Shown one piece after another: positions 10,776-21,621 of a stretch of 64,000 bases of DNA. The notes beneath the pieces are model-generated. The model saw only the letters and a program-made list of their open reading frames with translations. It was not told the DNA's origin and ran no database searches. Source of the DNA: Acidimicrobiia bacterium (GTDB lineage: Bacteria; Acidobacteriota; Vicinamibacteria; Vicinamibacterales; UBA2999); assembly GCA_038144855.1 (NCBI GenBank), contig JAYQOO010000006.1, positions 9,597-73,596 of the forward strand, given 5' to 3'. Numbering within the stretch: the first letter of the stretch is position 1; every line of letters begins with the position of its first letter. Both the position numbers and the translations under genes were made by a program.

Positions 10776-10965
10776 CGAGAGCCTTCCGTTTCTATCACGC
10801 CCGGTCTTGGGTGTGATGGCTCACGATACGGTTCGGCGGCGCGGCGCCAAACCCGGCCGGCCCCACACGCGAAGGTAGGGTTATCCCCCCGTTGCCACAA
10901 GACGCGTTTTGGCGCCGTCGTTGCCGACAATCAGCGGCGAAGTCAGTGCCACTGCTCGTCCGGCG

Positions 10966-11352
10966 CTATGCGCGGCGGATGTCGGTCTTGGTGAAATCGT
11001 TCCCGACAAACAGCAGCGAGTCACCGGCCGTGGCCGCGGCTGCGTAGGCGAGGCAATCCCCGAAATTCAGTCCGGCCGCGTGGCGGCCGCGCCCCAATCG
11101 GTCGTAGGCGGAGGCGGCCGCCTGCCACTCGTCGGCGCCGAACGGGACGACCGTGACCCCGAGCTCGTCGATCAGCCGCTGAACTTCCTGGTGCGACGGT
11201 TTGCCGCGACGGCTGCTGAGCACGATCGCCGTCTCGACCAGCGTGGGTGTGCTGACACGAACGACCTCGGCCTCCAGGATTTGGTCGACCAGGTCCAACG
11301 CTCCGGCTTCAGACACGAGAATCGAGATCAGCGCCGAGGAGTCGAGCGTCAT
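10966..11352 (-). CDS. vapC: Type II toxin VapC (PIN domain)
   Basis: 128 aa with a PIN-like N-terminus (MTLDSSALISIL) and a C-terminal FGDCLAYAAA. ATGA overlap with the upstream antitoxin gene. Confidence 0.8.
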   Translation of the reverse strand: MTLDSSALISILVSEAGALDLVDQILEAEVVRVSTPTLVETAIVLSSRRGKPSHQEVQRLIDELGVTVVPFGADEWQAAASAYDRLGRGRHAAGLNFGDCLAYAAAATAGDSLLFVGNDFTKTDIRRA

Positions 11353-11618
11353 ACCCCGGTTGGCCCAAAACCGAGAATCGCGTCTTCCTCGGCGCGTGTC
11401 GGCCTGCGGCCGAGAAATTTGGCGGGGATGGTCGGCCAGACGTCCTTCTTCAGAAAGCGCACCACCCGAAGGCGCCGTTCGGCGACCGACGGGCCCTTGA
11501 GTCGTCTGCGCCGCTCATCCAGGGCTTTCCGGATGGCCTCGGTCTTGGACTCACCGGTGAGGCGGGCCAGCTCTTCGGCGAGACGCTCGACGGTGGGATT
11601 CTTGATATTCAGGGCCAT
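11349..11618 (-). CDS. vapB: Type II antitoxin (VapB-like)
   Basis: 89 aa. MALNIKNPTVERLAEELARLTGESKTEAIRKALDERRRRL is a typical antitoxin N-terminus. Translationally coupled to vapC. Confidence 0.7.
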   Translation of the reverse strand: MALNIKNPTVERLAEELARLTGESKTEAIRKALDERRRRLKGPSVAERRLRVVRFLKKDVWPTIPAKFLGRRPTRAEEDAILGFGPTGV

Positions 11619-11664
11619 GCGCCAGTATACCGCGCCATGGGTGTAATGGTGTAAGCCCGGTCCG

Positions 11665-12429
11665 CTACTGGTGGTTGATCATCGACGCGATGCAACCCGC
11701 TCCGTAGCCGTTGTCGATGTTCACGACCGACACGCCATTCGCGCACGAGTTGAGCATCCCTAACAGCGCGGCAATGCCGCCGAAGCTCGCGCCGTAGCCG
11801 ATGCTGGTCGGCACCGCGATCACCGGCACGCCGACCATCCCCGCCACGACCGACGGCAGGGCGCCTTCCATGCCGGCGACCACGATCACCACGCGCGCCG
11901 CGTCGAGCCTTGCGCGCTGGGCGAGCACGCGGTGAATGCCGGCGACGCCGACGTCATATAACCGATCGACGGTGTTGCCGAGCAGCTCGGCTGTCACTGC
12001 GGCCTCTTCGGCAACCGGGATATCTGACGTCCCTGCGGAGCACAGCACGATGGTGCCCTTGCCCGGTGGGATCTCGCCCTTGAGCGTGATGCAGCGCGCG
12101 GCGGCGTGAAATTCCGCCCCTGGCACCTCGGCCTTGACGGCGATCCACGCCTCTTCGGTCGTCCGGGTGACCAAAAGCGGATGTCCGCGGCCGGCAATCT
12201 GTCTGGAAATGGACGCCACCTGTTCCGGGGTCTTTCCGAGGCCCAGCACGACCTCGGGGAACCCCTGCCGGATGGGGCGGTGGTGGTCAACCTTGGCAAA
12301 CCCAAGGTCCGCAAAGGGTTGTTCGCGAAGGGCCTCGGTGAGGCGCGCGAGAGCCTCCGCCGGCTTCGTCGTGCCTTCGCGCACGGCGTCGAGTAAACCC
12401 TGTAGTTCGTTGACTTTAAGAGGCATCAA
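11665..12429 (-). CDS. larB: Nickel-pincer cofactor biosynthesis protein LarB (AIR-carboxylase-like)
   Basis: 254 aa with the PurE-like core GTSDIPVAEEA ... AGMEGALPSVVAGMVGVPVIAVPTSIGYG. Confidence 0.8.
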   Translation of the reverse strand: MMPLKVNELQGLLDAVREGTTKPAEALARLTEALREQPFADLGFAKVDHHRPIRQGFPEVVLGLGKTPEQVASISRQIAGRGHPLLVTRTTEEAWIAVKAEVPGAEFHAAARCITLKGEIPPGKGTIVLCSAGTSDIPVAEEAAVTAELLGNTVDRLYDVGVAGIHRVLAQRARLDAARVVIVVAGMEGALPSVVAGMVGVPVIAVPTSIGYGASFGGIAALLGMLNSCANGVSVVNIDNGYGAGCIASMINHQ

Positions 12430-12475
12430 TCCGTATTATTATTGTTTAGGCTGGGGCCAGAAACCCCCATCATAG

Positions 12476-13972
<1,497 letters not shown>

Positions 13973-14019
13973 ACACCCGCAGTTGAAGTCGACCGGCCAT
14001 CCTGGACTAGGATGGCCGG

Positions 14020-15390
14020 ATGCGACTTTTCTCTCTTCTCGCCGCGGCGCTGCTGTTCGTCCCAGCGTCCGTCCCAGCGCAGACCTTCACGGTTCCCGTC
14101 GAATACTTCAAGCTCGATAACGGCCTGAAGGTCGTTGTCAGCCAGGATCGATCCGCTCCGGTGGTGCTGGTCGAAGTGATCTACAACATCGGCTTCCGCG
14201 TGGAGCCGAAAGGCCGCACCGGCTTTGCGCACTTGTTCGAGCACATGATGTTCCAGGGCTCGGCGAACGTGAAGAAGATGCAGCACGTCTCGCTGATGCA
14301 GGAGGCCGGCGGCATCGTCAACGGCTCGACCCGCTTCGACTACACCAACTACTTCCAGTCGCTGCCGTCCAACGGCCTCGAACGCGCGTTGTTCCTCGAG
14401 GCGGATCGCATGCGCTCACTCGACGTGACGGCCGAGAACCTGAAGAACCAGCAGAACGTGGTCAGCGAGGAAGTGCGCGTCAACGTGCTCAACCAGCCGC
14501 ACGGTGCCTTCGACTGGATCGAGATCTGGGAGAAGGCCAACACCAACTGGCACAACGCCCACGACTTCTACGGCGCGCTGCAGGAACTGGAAGCGGCCAC
14601 CATCGAGGACGTGCGGTCGTTCTTCAAGACCTACTACGCGCCGAACAACGCGGTGCTGGTGGTGGCCGGTGACACGACGGTCGAGGAAGTGAAGCGCCTC
14701 GCCGAGAAGCATTTTGGATCCATTCCGCAGCAGCCGCAGCCGGCACCCGCGGATCTGTCGGAACCGGCGCAGACCGCGCCGAAGAGCTTCACGCGCTCCG
14801 ACAAGCTGGCGCGGACACCGGCAATCGCCGTGGCGTGGCACCTGCCGCCGCGCATGACCAAGGACTTCTTCGCACTCAGCGTGCTCGATCCGCTGCTCAA
14901 TAGCGACGATAGCGCGCGGATGTATCGCAAACTCGTTCGCGACGATCGTCTTGCCATGGCCAGCTCGGGCGGCTTCAACTTCCTTGGCTCCAACTGGGAT
15001 ATGAAGGGGCCGATGCTCTACACGATGCGCGTCGACTACTTCAACGACAAGACCGCCGACCAGGTGGTAGGCGCGATCGAGTCGGTGCTCGACGACGTCC
15101 GCAAGAACGGCATCACCGCTGAGGAACTGACGCGCGCCAAGACGGCGATGCGCTCGTCGTTCTTCGACGAGATGGAAGGCGGCGGCATGCCGCTCTTCGG
15201 CCGCGCCAACCTGCTCGGAATCTTTGCCTTGTTCGACGACAATCCGGCACGGATCAACACCATCCTTGCCGAGATCGACAAGGTGACCCTTGACGACGTG
15301 AAGGCGGCCGCCAACAAGTGGTTCGTGCCGGCCAATCGCACGTCGCTCGACAGCCGTCCGGAAGCCAAGCCCACAGGGGGTGCGCAGTGA
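14020..15390 (+). CDS. M16 (pitrilysin) family zinc peptidase, catalytic subunit
   Basis: Signal peptide and inverted zincin motif HLFEHMMFQGS (HxxEH). Confidence 0.85.
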   Translation: MRLFSLLAAALLFVPASVPAQTFTVPVEYFKLDNGLKVVVSQDRSAPVVLVEVIYNIGFRVEPKGRTGFAHLFEHMMFQGSANVKKMQHVSLMQEAGGIVNGSTRFDYTNYFQSLPSNGLERALFLEADRMRSLDVTAENLKNQQNVVSEEVRVNVLNQPHGAFDWIEIWEKANTNWHNAHDFYGALQELEAATIEDVRSFFKTYYAPNNAVLVVAGDTTVEEVKRLAEKHFGSIPQQPQPAPADLSEPAQTAPKSFTRSDKLARTPAIAVAWHLPPRMTKDFFALSVLDPLLNSDDSARMYRKLVRDDRLAMASSGGFNFLGSNWDMKGPMLYTMRVDYFNDKTADQVVGAIESVLDDVRKNGITAEELTRAKTAMRSSFFDEMEGGGMPLFGRANLLGIFALFDDNPARINTILAEIDKVTLDDVKAAANKWFVPANRTSLDSRPEAKPTGGAQ

Positions 15391-16811
15391 AGCGTCGACT
15401 TTCGTTTGTCGCGCTGGCCGCGCTCCTGGGCGCGGCGACGGTTGCGTCCGCCCAGGCACAGTTGCCGGCGGTTGGCCCCGAGCGCCCGTTCGCGCCGGCA
15501 CCCCGCACTGAACGGACGCTGCCCAACGGGCTGCAGATCATCACCTTGGGTCATGCGACCGTGCCGAAGGTGACCGCGATCCTCGGCATCAAGTCTGGTC
15601 TGGCCGCCGAAGCCGCGGAGAAAGCCGGGCTCGCCCAGTTCGTGGTCGATCTTGCCCAGGAGGGCACGACCACGAAGTCGAGCGAGCAGATCAAGCGCGA
15701 AGTGTTCGCCATGGGCGCCAGCCTCACCGGTGCCGCCGGCCAGGACGCGTCGACATTCCAGATGCGCGGCCTCAACAGCACGCTGCCGCAGATGCTGGCG
15801 ATGATGGCCGACGTGGTGCGGAACCCGGCGTTCCCGCAAGCGGAGCTCGACTTGCTGAAGGCAAGGACGGAGCAGCAGCTGCAGGCGCAGACCGCGTCGC
15901 CGCAATACGTGAACAACAAGATGTTCCGTCTGGCGTTGTTCGGTAGCCATCCGTACTCGCGCACCGGTGTCACGCCGGAAACGCTGCCGGCGATCGACCG
16001 TGCTTCGATCGTCAGCTACCAGCAGACGTTCTATCGTCCGAACAACGCGTTTCTCGTCGTCGTCGGCGACGTCGCGGCTGACGCGGTGGTTGCGGCGGCG
16101 GAGAAGGCATTCGGCAGCTGGGAACGCCGCGACATTCCGCCAGCGAAGACGGCGCCGCTGCCGGCGTTGAAGGGGCGCAACCTCGTGTTCGTGCAGCGTC
16201 CGAACAGCGTGCAGTCGTCGATCTCGGTCGGCAACTTCACGCCGCAGCGCGACGATCCGCGCTGGTACACGCTGCAGCTCGCCAACCAGATCTTCGGCGC
16301 GGCGTTCGATTCACGCCTGGTCCGCAACATCCGCGAAGAGAAGGGCTATACCTACTCGCCGCAATCGATCTTCCAGTCAATGGCACAGGGTGGTCTCTAT
16401 CGGGCCGTTGCCGACGTCAGGAATGAAGTCACCGGTGCCACGATCAAGGAGATCTATGCCGAGATCGACAAGCTCCGCGAAGGCGGTCCCGAGACCGAGG
16501 AACTGAGCGACGCGAAGCAATACTCGCGCGGGCTGTTCGTGCTGCAGAATGCGTCGCAGTCCGGGCTGGCGATGACGCTCAACACCATGACGACCTTCAA
16601 TTTGCCGAAGGATTATCCGGAGACGTTCCAGCGCCAGATCTCACAGCCCTCTGGCGAAGCGATCAAGACCGGCGCGCAGATGTTGCTCGGGTCGATGGAT
16701 TCGGTCGTGACGATCGTTGGTGATTACACCAAGGTGAAGGATCAGCTCACGGGGTTCGCCAACATCAAGTTCTACGACCTGACAGGGAAGCCGATCGCCG
16801 AACCAAAATAG
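15387..16811 (+). CDS. M16 family peptidase, non-catalytic partner
   Basis: Start set at GTG 15387 (GTGA overlap with the upstream stop), in front of the signal peptide KRRLSFVALAALLGAATVASAQA. M16 fold, but the HxxEH position is degenerate (AQFVVDLAQEG). Confidence 0.75.
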   Translation: MKRRLSFVALAALLGAATVASAQAQLPAVGPERPFAPAPRTERTLPNGLQIITLGHATVPKVTAILGIKSGLAAEAAEKAGLAQFVVDLAQEGTTTKSSEQIKREVFAMGASLTGAAGQDASTFQMRGLNSTLPQMLAMMADVVRNPAFPQAELDLLKARTEQQLQAQTASPQYVNNKMFRLALFGSHPYSRTGVTPETLPAIDRASIVSYQQTFYRPNNAFLVVVGDVAADAVVAAAEKAFGSWERRDIPPAKTAPLPALKGRNLVFVQRPNSVQSSISVGNFTPQRDDPRWYTLQLANQIFGAAFDSRLVRNIREEKGYTYSPQSIFQSMAQGGLYRAVADVRNEVTGATIKEIYAEIDKLREGGPETEELSDAKQYSRGLFVLQNASQSGLAMTLNTMTTFNLPKDYPETFQRQISQPSGEAIKTGAQMLLGSMDSVVTIVGDYTKVKDQLTGFANIKFYDLTGKPIAEPK

Positions 16812-16863
16812 CCGGACTGATTTAAGCTAGGTCAACGGCGTCTCCCCCCAAGGAGTTGCCTTC

Positions 16864-17898
16864 ATGCCTGTTCGGTTGACGCTCGCACTCGTGGCGCTGC
16901 TGCCCATGGCGGTCTGGGCGCAGTTGCCGCGACCCGCTGACCTCGGCGGCATCGTCCGCAGAATGCCCTCGCTCGAGCGGTTCATCAGTAACCGGCCGCT
17001 CGAGACCGACTTCGACGACACGGCCGGCCAGGTGCGGATGCTCGATCGCCTCGAGCGCACGCGCCAGCCTGGTGACTTGCGATCGCTGCCGCGAACCAGC
17101 GGTGGCGCCTTCGTGTTGCGGCCCGGCCTCTGGGAAGGTTCGTTTGAAAGCTTCTGCCTGCGCACGGCGACGTGGGCCCCGGGCGCCGGCGACGGCTACC
17201 TGTGGGCGCCGATCAAGGGATCGCGCTCCGGCGCGATTGCCACCATCCTGCGCAGCGCCGCTCGCCATCCGAATGTGCCGCGCGGCGACATCCAGATGCT
17301 GCTGTGGGCGATCCTGTCGCGAACACGGGTCAGCGAGATGCCGCCGGCGCTACAGGCCGCCGCCCGTGCGCTGCTGCCGGCCGCTGAGATCAACGCCATC
17401 AACGCATCCGGTTTTCAGGCCATCGACATTGCCGAGCGGACGCAACTGTTCCGCGGGGTGAGCGGTCCCATCAGGCAGGCGCTCGAGATCGAATCCGATC
17501 TTCGCTATGAATTTTCAAAGGCCAACGCCAACTACGCCGAAATCGAAAAGATCGCGGTGCTGAGCGGTGCGCCGCCGCCGGAGAATCGCAATGCCATCAC
17601 GCGCGGCCAATGGTCGCGTCATCCCGGCGGCTTCTTCATTCGCTACCTGCCGGATTCGTTCTCGAACATGACGGTGCAGGTGCTCAAGCCCGCGCCGGTC
17701 GTCATCGCGCGCGATCGGCTGAACCGCATCACGCTGATTGAAGACGCGCGGGGCCGAACCGAACTGACCTACAACGACGCGATCGCACCCCGTCCGCACC
17801 CGACCAACAAGCGCCTGGTTGCATACGCGTTCAAGCACATCCGCATCACCAGGCGCGGCGCCGGCGGCGCCATGGAAGTGATCGAGTATCGTGACTAG
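16864..17898 (+). CDS. Secreted hypothetical protein, upstream part ending at in-frame TAG 17896-17898
   Basis: AAGGAG Shine-Dalgarno sequence 9 nt upstream; signal peptide MPVRLTLALVALLPMAVWAQ. No family recognised. The same frame continues as ORF 17941..18354. Confidence 0.6.
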   Translation: MPVRLTLALVALLPMAVWAQLPRPADLGGIVRRMPSLERFISNRPLETDFDDTAGQVRMLDRLERTRQPGDLRSLPRTSGGAFVLRPGLWEGSFESFCLRTATWAPGAGDGYLWAPIKGSRSGAIATILRSAARHPNVPRGDIQMLLWAILSRTRVSEMPPALQAAARALLPAAEINAINASGFQAIDIAERTQLFRGVSGPIRQALEIESDLRYEFSKANANYAEIEKIAVLSGAPPPENRNAITRGQWSRHPGGFFIRYLPDSFSNMTVQVLKPAPVVIARDRLNRITLIEDARGRTELTYNDAIAPRPHPTNKRLVAYAFKHIRITRRGAGGAMEVIEYRD

Positions 17899-17940
17899 GG
17901 CTACACTTTCCACCAGTCGAAACCACGCAGCCGGGGCTTC

Positions 17941-18354
17941 ATGGAAGTGGTGGCTGACGCTGCGACCGCGCTGATCGAACTGGTGACCGGCACACCGCTC
18001 GAGGTGAGGCAGGGGTGGGCGGGCTGGGCTGAACGCGTGGAACGTGCCCAGGAGGTCTACGTAGACGCCGAGTATCTCCGCGACCGCATCGACGCTACCA
18101 CTACGACCGGCGACGCGTCGTCGGTTGATGACGCGGCCGACGCCGGCCACGTCCGCGACGGCGTGATCGTCATCGTAGTTGGCGACACCAGCGACCGCGT
18201 CGGCTTCATTACCGAAATGCAAGAGCGCTTCAACGAGATGCTCGAGTACGCCATCAGTGTGTTGAACACGCTGCCCGACGGCAGCTACGACCCGGGCGGA
18301 GGAGTGGCGGTGCCTTCAGGGGGCGGCCAGACGCTCGGCTCGTCGGGGCGGTAG
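17941..18354 (+). CDS. Hypothetical protein, same frame as 16864..17898 (probable downstream part of one gene)
   Basis: 137-aa ORF with GC-rich third positions. The 14 codons between TAG 17896 and ATG 17941 are also open and coding-like. Confidence 0.5.
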   Translation: MEVVADAATALIELVTGTPLEVRQGWAGWAERVERAQEVYVDAEYLRDRIDATTTTGDASSVDDAADAGHVRDGVIVIVVGDTSDRVGFITEMQERFNEMLEYAISVLNTLPDGSYDPGGGVAVPSGGGQTLGSSGR

Positions 18355-18368
18355 GGGACCTACCGCCC
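18346..18368. terminator. Perfect 10-bp hairpin containing both convergent TAG stop codons
   Basis: GGGCGGTAGG gga CCTACCGCCC. It embeds the stop of the + gene (18352-18354) and the stop of the - gene (18360-18362). Confidence 0.4.
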
Positions 18369-19781
18369 GATCCGATACAGCTTCGTCTGCGTTCGCAGGA
18401 AGATCGCATCCGGCGCGAGCGCGGGCGAGGCAAGACTCATCTCGTCGAGGCTGTTCTTGGCCAGCTCCATGTACTTGTCGCCGGCTTCGATCACGAATGT
18501 GAAGCCGTCCTCGCTCAGCAGGTAGATCTTGCCGTCGGCAGCCCACGGCGACGCTGAGAAGGTGTTGCCGGGCCCGCCGGCGCGTGCCTTGTAGATCTCC
18601 TTGCCGGTCTGCGAGTCGAACACGGTGAGAATGCCATTGTCGTTCACGACGTACATCCGTCCGCGATAGACCAGTGGAGACGAGGTGTAGGCGGACGCGC
18701 GCGGATGGAACCATTTCACGTAGGCGTTGCTCTCCTCGCCCTTCGCGAGCGAGATGTCGCCGCTCGCACCGGGCCGGACCGCGAATACCGGGCGATTGCT
18801 TTCGCCCTGCGAACCGGTCGCGAGGTACAGCAGTCCGTCGGCCGCAACGGGACTCGGCGTGGACTGGCCGGTCAGTCCGCGCATCCGCCACAGTTCCTTG
18901 CCGGTTTCGGGCGAGTAGGAAACGGCGTGCTGGCGTCCGATCACGATCACCTCGGTGCGCTGGCCGTGCTTCCACACAAACGGCGACGACCAGCCCGAGC
19001 CTTGTGGCGCCGTGATGTCGCGCTCGGTCTTCCACAGTTGCTTTCCGGTCCTGGCGTCGACGGCGGCCACGAACGACTGGCCTTCGTTGTCGTTCACCAC
19101 GAACACGCGCCCGTCGTGCACGACCGGTGACGCCGCGGTGCCGAAGTCGAGGTACATCGGCTGCGGATCGAAACGCGCCGTCCACAACGGCCTGCCGTCG
19201 AGCGCGTAGGCAAACAGCCCGACGTTGCCGAAGTACGCATACAGGCGCTCGCCGTCGGTGGCCGGCGTCTCAGACGCGAACGTGTTCTTGCGATGGCGCC
19301 CGCCGAATGGCGCGCCCTTGTGCGCTTCACGTTCCCACGTCAATCGTCCGCTGCCGGCATCGAAAGCGTAGACCATGTAGCGGACCTCGCCGCTTTCGGC
19401 GGTCAGTTCGATGTCACGCGCGATCACGCGCTTGTTGACCTCGTCGTCGGGAAGGCCCTGTTTCATCAGCTCGGCGACGTAGTCGTTGCCGAAAATGCCC
19501 GTGGACGGCGCCTTGAATGCGCCGGGGCTGATCGCGGAGGTGAGGAAAACGTTGTCGGCCCAGGCGATTGGCGACGACCAGCCTCGGCCTTTCACGTCGA
19601 CGCTCCACTTCACGTTGTCCTTTGTGGACCACGACACGGGCAGCTTGCCCTCGCTCAGGATGCCGGCGCCGGATGGGCCCCGGAACTGGGGCCAGGCCAC
19701 TGAAGGCTCAGAGCTCTGCACCAAGGCCGCAGAAAGCACAGAAAGCGCGGAAACGAATGCGGCGAGTCTCAGCGGACGCAT
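18360..19781 (-). CDS. PQQ-like / BamB-like beta-propeller repeat protein, secreted
   Basis: Signal peptide MRPLRLAAFVSALSVLSAA from ATG 19781 (the ORF opens at 19799). Repeated blade motifs: GRVFVVNDNEG, GRMYVVNDNG, DGKIYLLSEDG. Confidence 0.7.
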   Translation of the reverse strand: MRPLRLAAFVSALSVLSAALVQSSEPSVAWPQFRGPSGAGILSEGKLPVSWSTKDNVKWSVDVKGRGWSSPIAWADNVFLTSAISPGAFKAPSTGIFGNDYVAELMKQGLPDDEVNKRVIARDIELTAESGEVRYMVYAFDAGSGRLTWEREAHKGAPFGGRHRKNTFASETPATDGERLYAYFGNVGLFAYALDGRPLWTARFDPQPMYLDFGTAASPVVHDGRVFVVNDNEGQSFVAAVDARTGKQLWKTERDITAPQGSGWSSPFVWKHGQRTEVIVIGRQHAVSYSPETGKELWRMRGLTGQSTPSPVAADGLLYLATGSQGESNRPVFAVRPGASGDISLAKGEESNAYVKWFHPRASAYTSSPLVYRGRMYVVNDNGILTVFDSQTGKEIYKARAGGPGNTFSASPWAADGKIYLLSEDGFTFVIEAGDKYMELAKNSLDEMSLASPALAPDAIFLRTQTKLYRIGR

Positions 19782-19845
19782 TGAGGCAACGTAGCACATC
19801 GAAGCGGCACGGTCCGAGTCTTGTGACGGATCGTTCTCCTGACGG

Positions 19846-19880
19846 CCTGTTGGCCTGTTCGCCTGTTCCCCTGTTCGCCT
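19846..19880. repeat. Tandem 8-nt repeat CCTGTTNN, about 4.4 copies
   Basis: cctgttgg cctgttcg cctgttcc cctgttcg cct, in the divergent intergenic region ending 12 nt before the citrate synthase ATG. Confidence 0.6.
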
Positions 19881-19891
19881 ATCATTTAGTC

Positions 19892-21031
19892 ATGGCCTCA
19901 GCAGAAAAACCCAAGGGCGGTCTCGAAGACGTCGTCGCCACGTCGTCGCGCATCTGTTTCCTTGACGGCGATCGCGGCGTGCTCGCGTATTGCGGACACG
20001 ACATCCACGAACTGGCACGCAATGCGACGTTCGAGGAGACTTGCTACTTGCTCTGGCACGCGCGGCTGCCAAACCGCGCCGAGCTTGGCGATCTGCAGAC
20101 ACAGCTGGCGGCCGCGCGCCCGCTGCCTGAGCCGATCCTGCGGCTGATGAAGATGCTGCCGCCCTCCGACGGCATGGACGCGTTGCGCACGATTACCTCG
20201 GCCCTTGGGCACTACGACCAGGACGCGCACGACAACTCGCTGCCGGCCGCCTATCGCAAGGCGGTGCGCCTCACGGGACAGATCGCCAGCATCGTGGCCA
20301 CGTGGGGTCGCATGCAGCAGGGCCTCGGGCCGATCGCGCCCGACCCGGCGATGGGGCATGCGGCGAACTTTCTCTACATGCTGTTCGGCCGGCGCCCGAA
20401 TCCGACCGAGATTCGCGCGATGGACATCGCGCTCACGCTGCACGCCGATCATGAGCTCAACGCGTCGACGTTTGCGGCGCGCGTGGCGGCGGCGACCCTC
20501 ACCGACATTCACTCTGCGATCGTCGCCGGCATCGGCACCTTGAAGGGACCGCTGCACGGCGGAGCGAACGCGGAAGTCATGAAGATGCTGATCGAGATCG
20601 GGCAGGATGCGCCGGCCGACCGTATCGACGGTTACGTGAAGGACAAGTTCGCCAAGAAGGCCAAGATTTCAGGCTTCGGGCATCGGGTCTACAACACGGA
20701 AGATCCCCGTGCCACGCACCTGCGCAAGATGTCCAAGGAACTCGGGCAGAAGGCCGGCAATACCAAGTGGTTCGAGATGAGCGAGCGGATCGAAGGGCTC
20801 GTCAAGGCCGAGAAGAAGCTGTTTCCGAACGTCGACTTCTATTCGGCGTCCACGTATTACACGATGGGCATTGCGATCGATCTGTACACGCCAATTTTTG
20901 CCGTCAGCCGTATCAGCGGCTGGACGGCGCATGTGCTCGAACAATTGGCCAATAACCGCCTGATTCGGCCCAGGGCCGACTACACCGGTCCCTCGTATCC
21001 CCAGGGGTGGATTCCGCTCGATCAGCGGTAA
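19892..21031 (+). CDS. gltA: Citrate synthase (about 380-aa type)
   Basis: Start at ATG 19892 (MASAEKPKGGLEDVV). Motifs HADHELNAST and GFGHRVY. The ORF's upstream extension from 19568 is Arg/Pro-rich and antisense to the neighbouring gene. Confidence 0.9.
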   Translation: MASAEKPKGGLEDVVATSSRICFLDGDRGVLAYCGHDIHELARNATFEETCYLLWHARLPNRAELGDLQTQLAAARPLPEPILRLMKMLPPSDGMDALRTITSALGHYDQDAHDNSLPAAYRKAVRLTGQIASIVATWGRMQQGLGPIAPDPAMGHAANFLYMLFGRRPNPTEIRAMDIALTLHADHELNASTFAARVAAATLTDIHSAIVAGIGTLKGPLHGGANAEVMKMLIEIGQDAPADRIDGYVKDKFAKKAKISGFGHRVYNTEDPRATHLRKMSKELGQKAGNTKWFEMSERIEGLVKAEKKLFPNVDFYSASTYYTMGIAIDLYTPIFAVSRISGWTAHVLEQLANNRLIRPRADYTGPSYPQGWIPLDQR

Positions 21032-21041
21032 GATCACGGGG

Positions 21042-21587
21042 ATGATGCGAATAGGGAAAGTGTGTCTCGCCATCACTCTGGTGGCGCTGGCGCCGCATGT
21101 CCACGCCCAGACGCCGGCCAACCCCGTCACGCAGGCGCTGCGCAGCGCCTGGAATTCCGTCAAGATGAACGTACGCCGCTCGGCAGACGTCATGCCGGAA
21201 GCAAAATTCAACTTCAAGCCGGTCGACAACGTGCGCACCTTCGGAGCGCTGCTGTCGCACGTTGCCGGCGCGTCGTACGAATTCTGCGCCGCAGCGAAAG
21301 GAGAGAAGCCGCCGTTTGCTGAGGACGCGTTCGAGAAGTCCGCAAAGACCAAGGCCGAGATCGTCAAGGCCCTCGACGGCGCCATTGCCTATTGCGACGA
21401 GATCTACAAGATGCTGGACGACGCCAAGGCCGCGCAGCTCACGGGCGGCGCCTTTGGCGGTCCGCAGGGGGCGCGCGCGGCAAACCTGATCGGCAACACC
21501 GGGCACTTCCAGGAACACTACGGGAACCTCGTGACGTATTTGCGGATCAACGGCCTCGTGCCGCCAAGTTCCGCGCCGCAACAGTAG
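21042..21587 (+). CDS. DinB-family protein with signal peptide
   Basis: 181 aa. Signal peptide LVALAPHVHAQ and a helical-bundle pattern with conserved His residues (LLSHVAG, GHFQEHYGNL). Confidence 0.55.
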   Translation: MMRIGKVCLAITLVALAPHVHAQTPANPVTQALRSAWNSVKMNVRRSADVMPEAKFNFKPVDNVRTFGALLSHVAGASYEFCAAAKGEKPPFAEDAFEKSAKTKAEIVKALDGAIAYCDEIYKMLDDAKAAQLTGGAFGGPQGARAANLIGNTGHFQEHYGNLVTYLRINGLVPPSSAPQQ

Positions 21588-21621
21588 CGTAATCGTCGTC
21601 GTTATCAGCCAGCAGGAGTCG

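Noticed and set aside
10776-10965. tRNA or small RNA gene in the larger intergenic regions (also 49418-49654 and 52037-52262)
   Set aside because: I could not trace a cloverleaf or any known riboswitch core by eye. A 9-bp long-range inverted repeat (GGCGCCAAA...TTTGGCGCC) at 10844-10916 is too weak to call. A covariance-model scan would be needed.
10966-11618. Defence or mobile island around vapBC
   Set aside because: It is an isolated toxin-antitoxin pair with no integrase, transposase, flanking direct repeats or compositional shift.
19568-19891. N-terminal extension of citrate synthase
   Set aside because: The extension is Arg/Pro-rich, overlaps the PQQ-propeller gene in antisense and contains the 8-nt repeat. 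Conserved citrate synthase sequence begins at ATG 19892.
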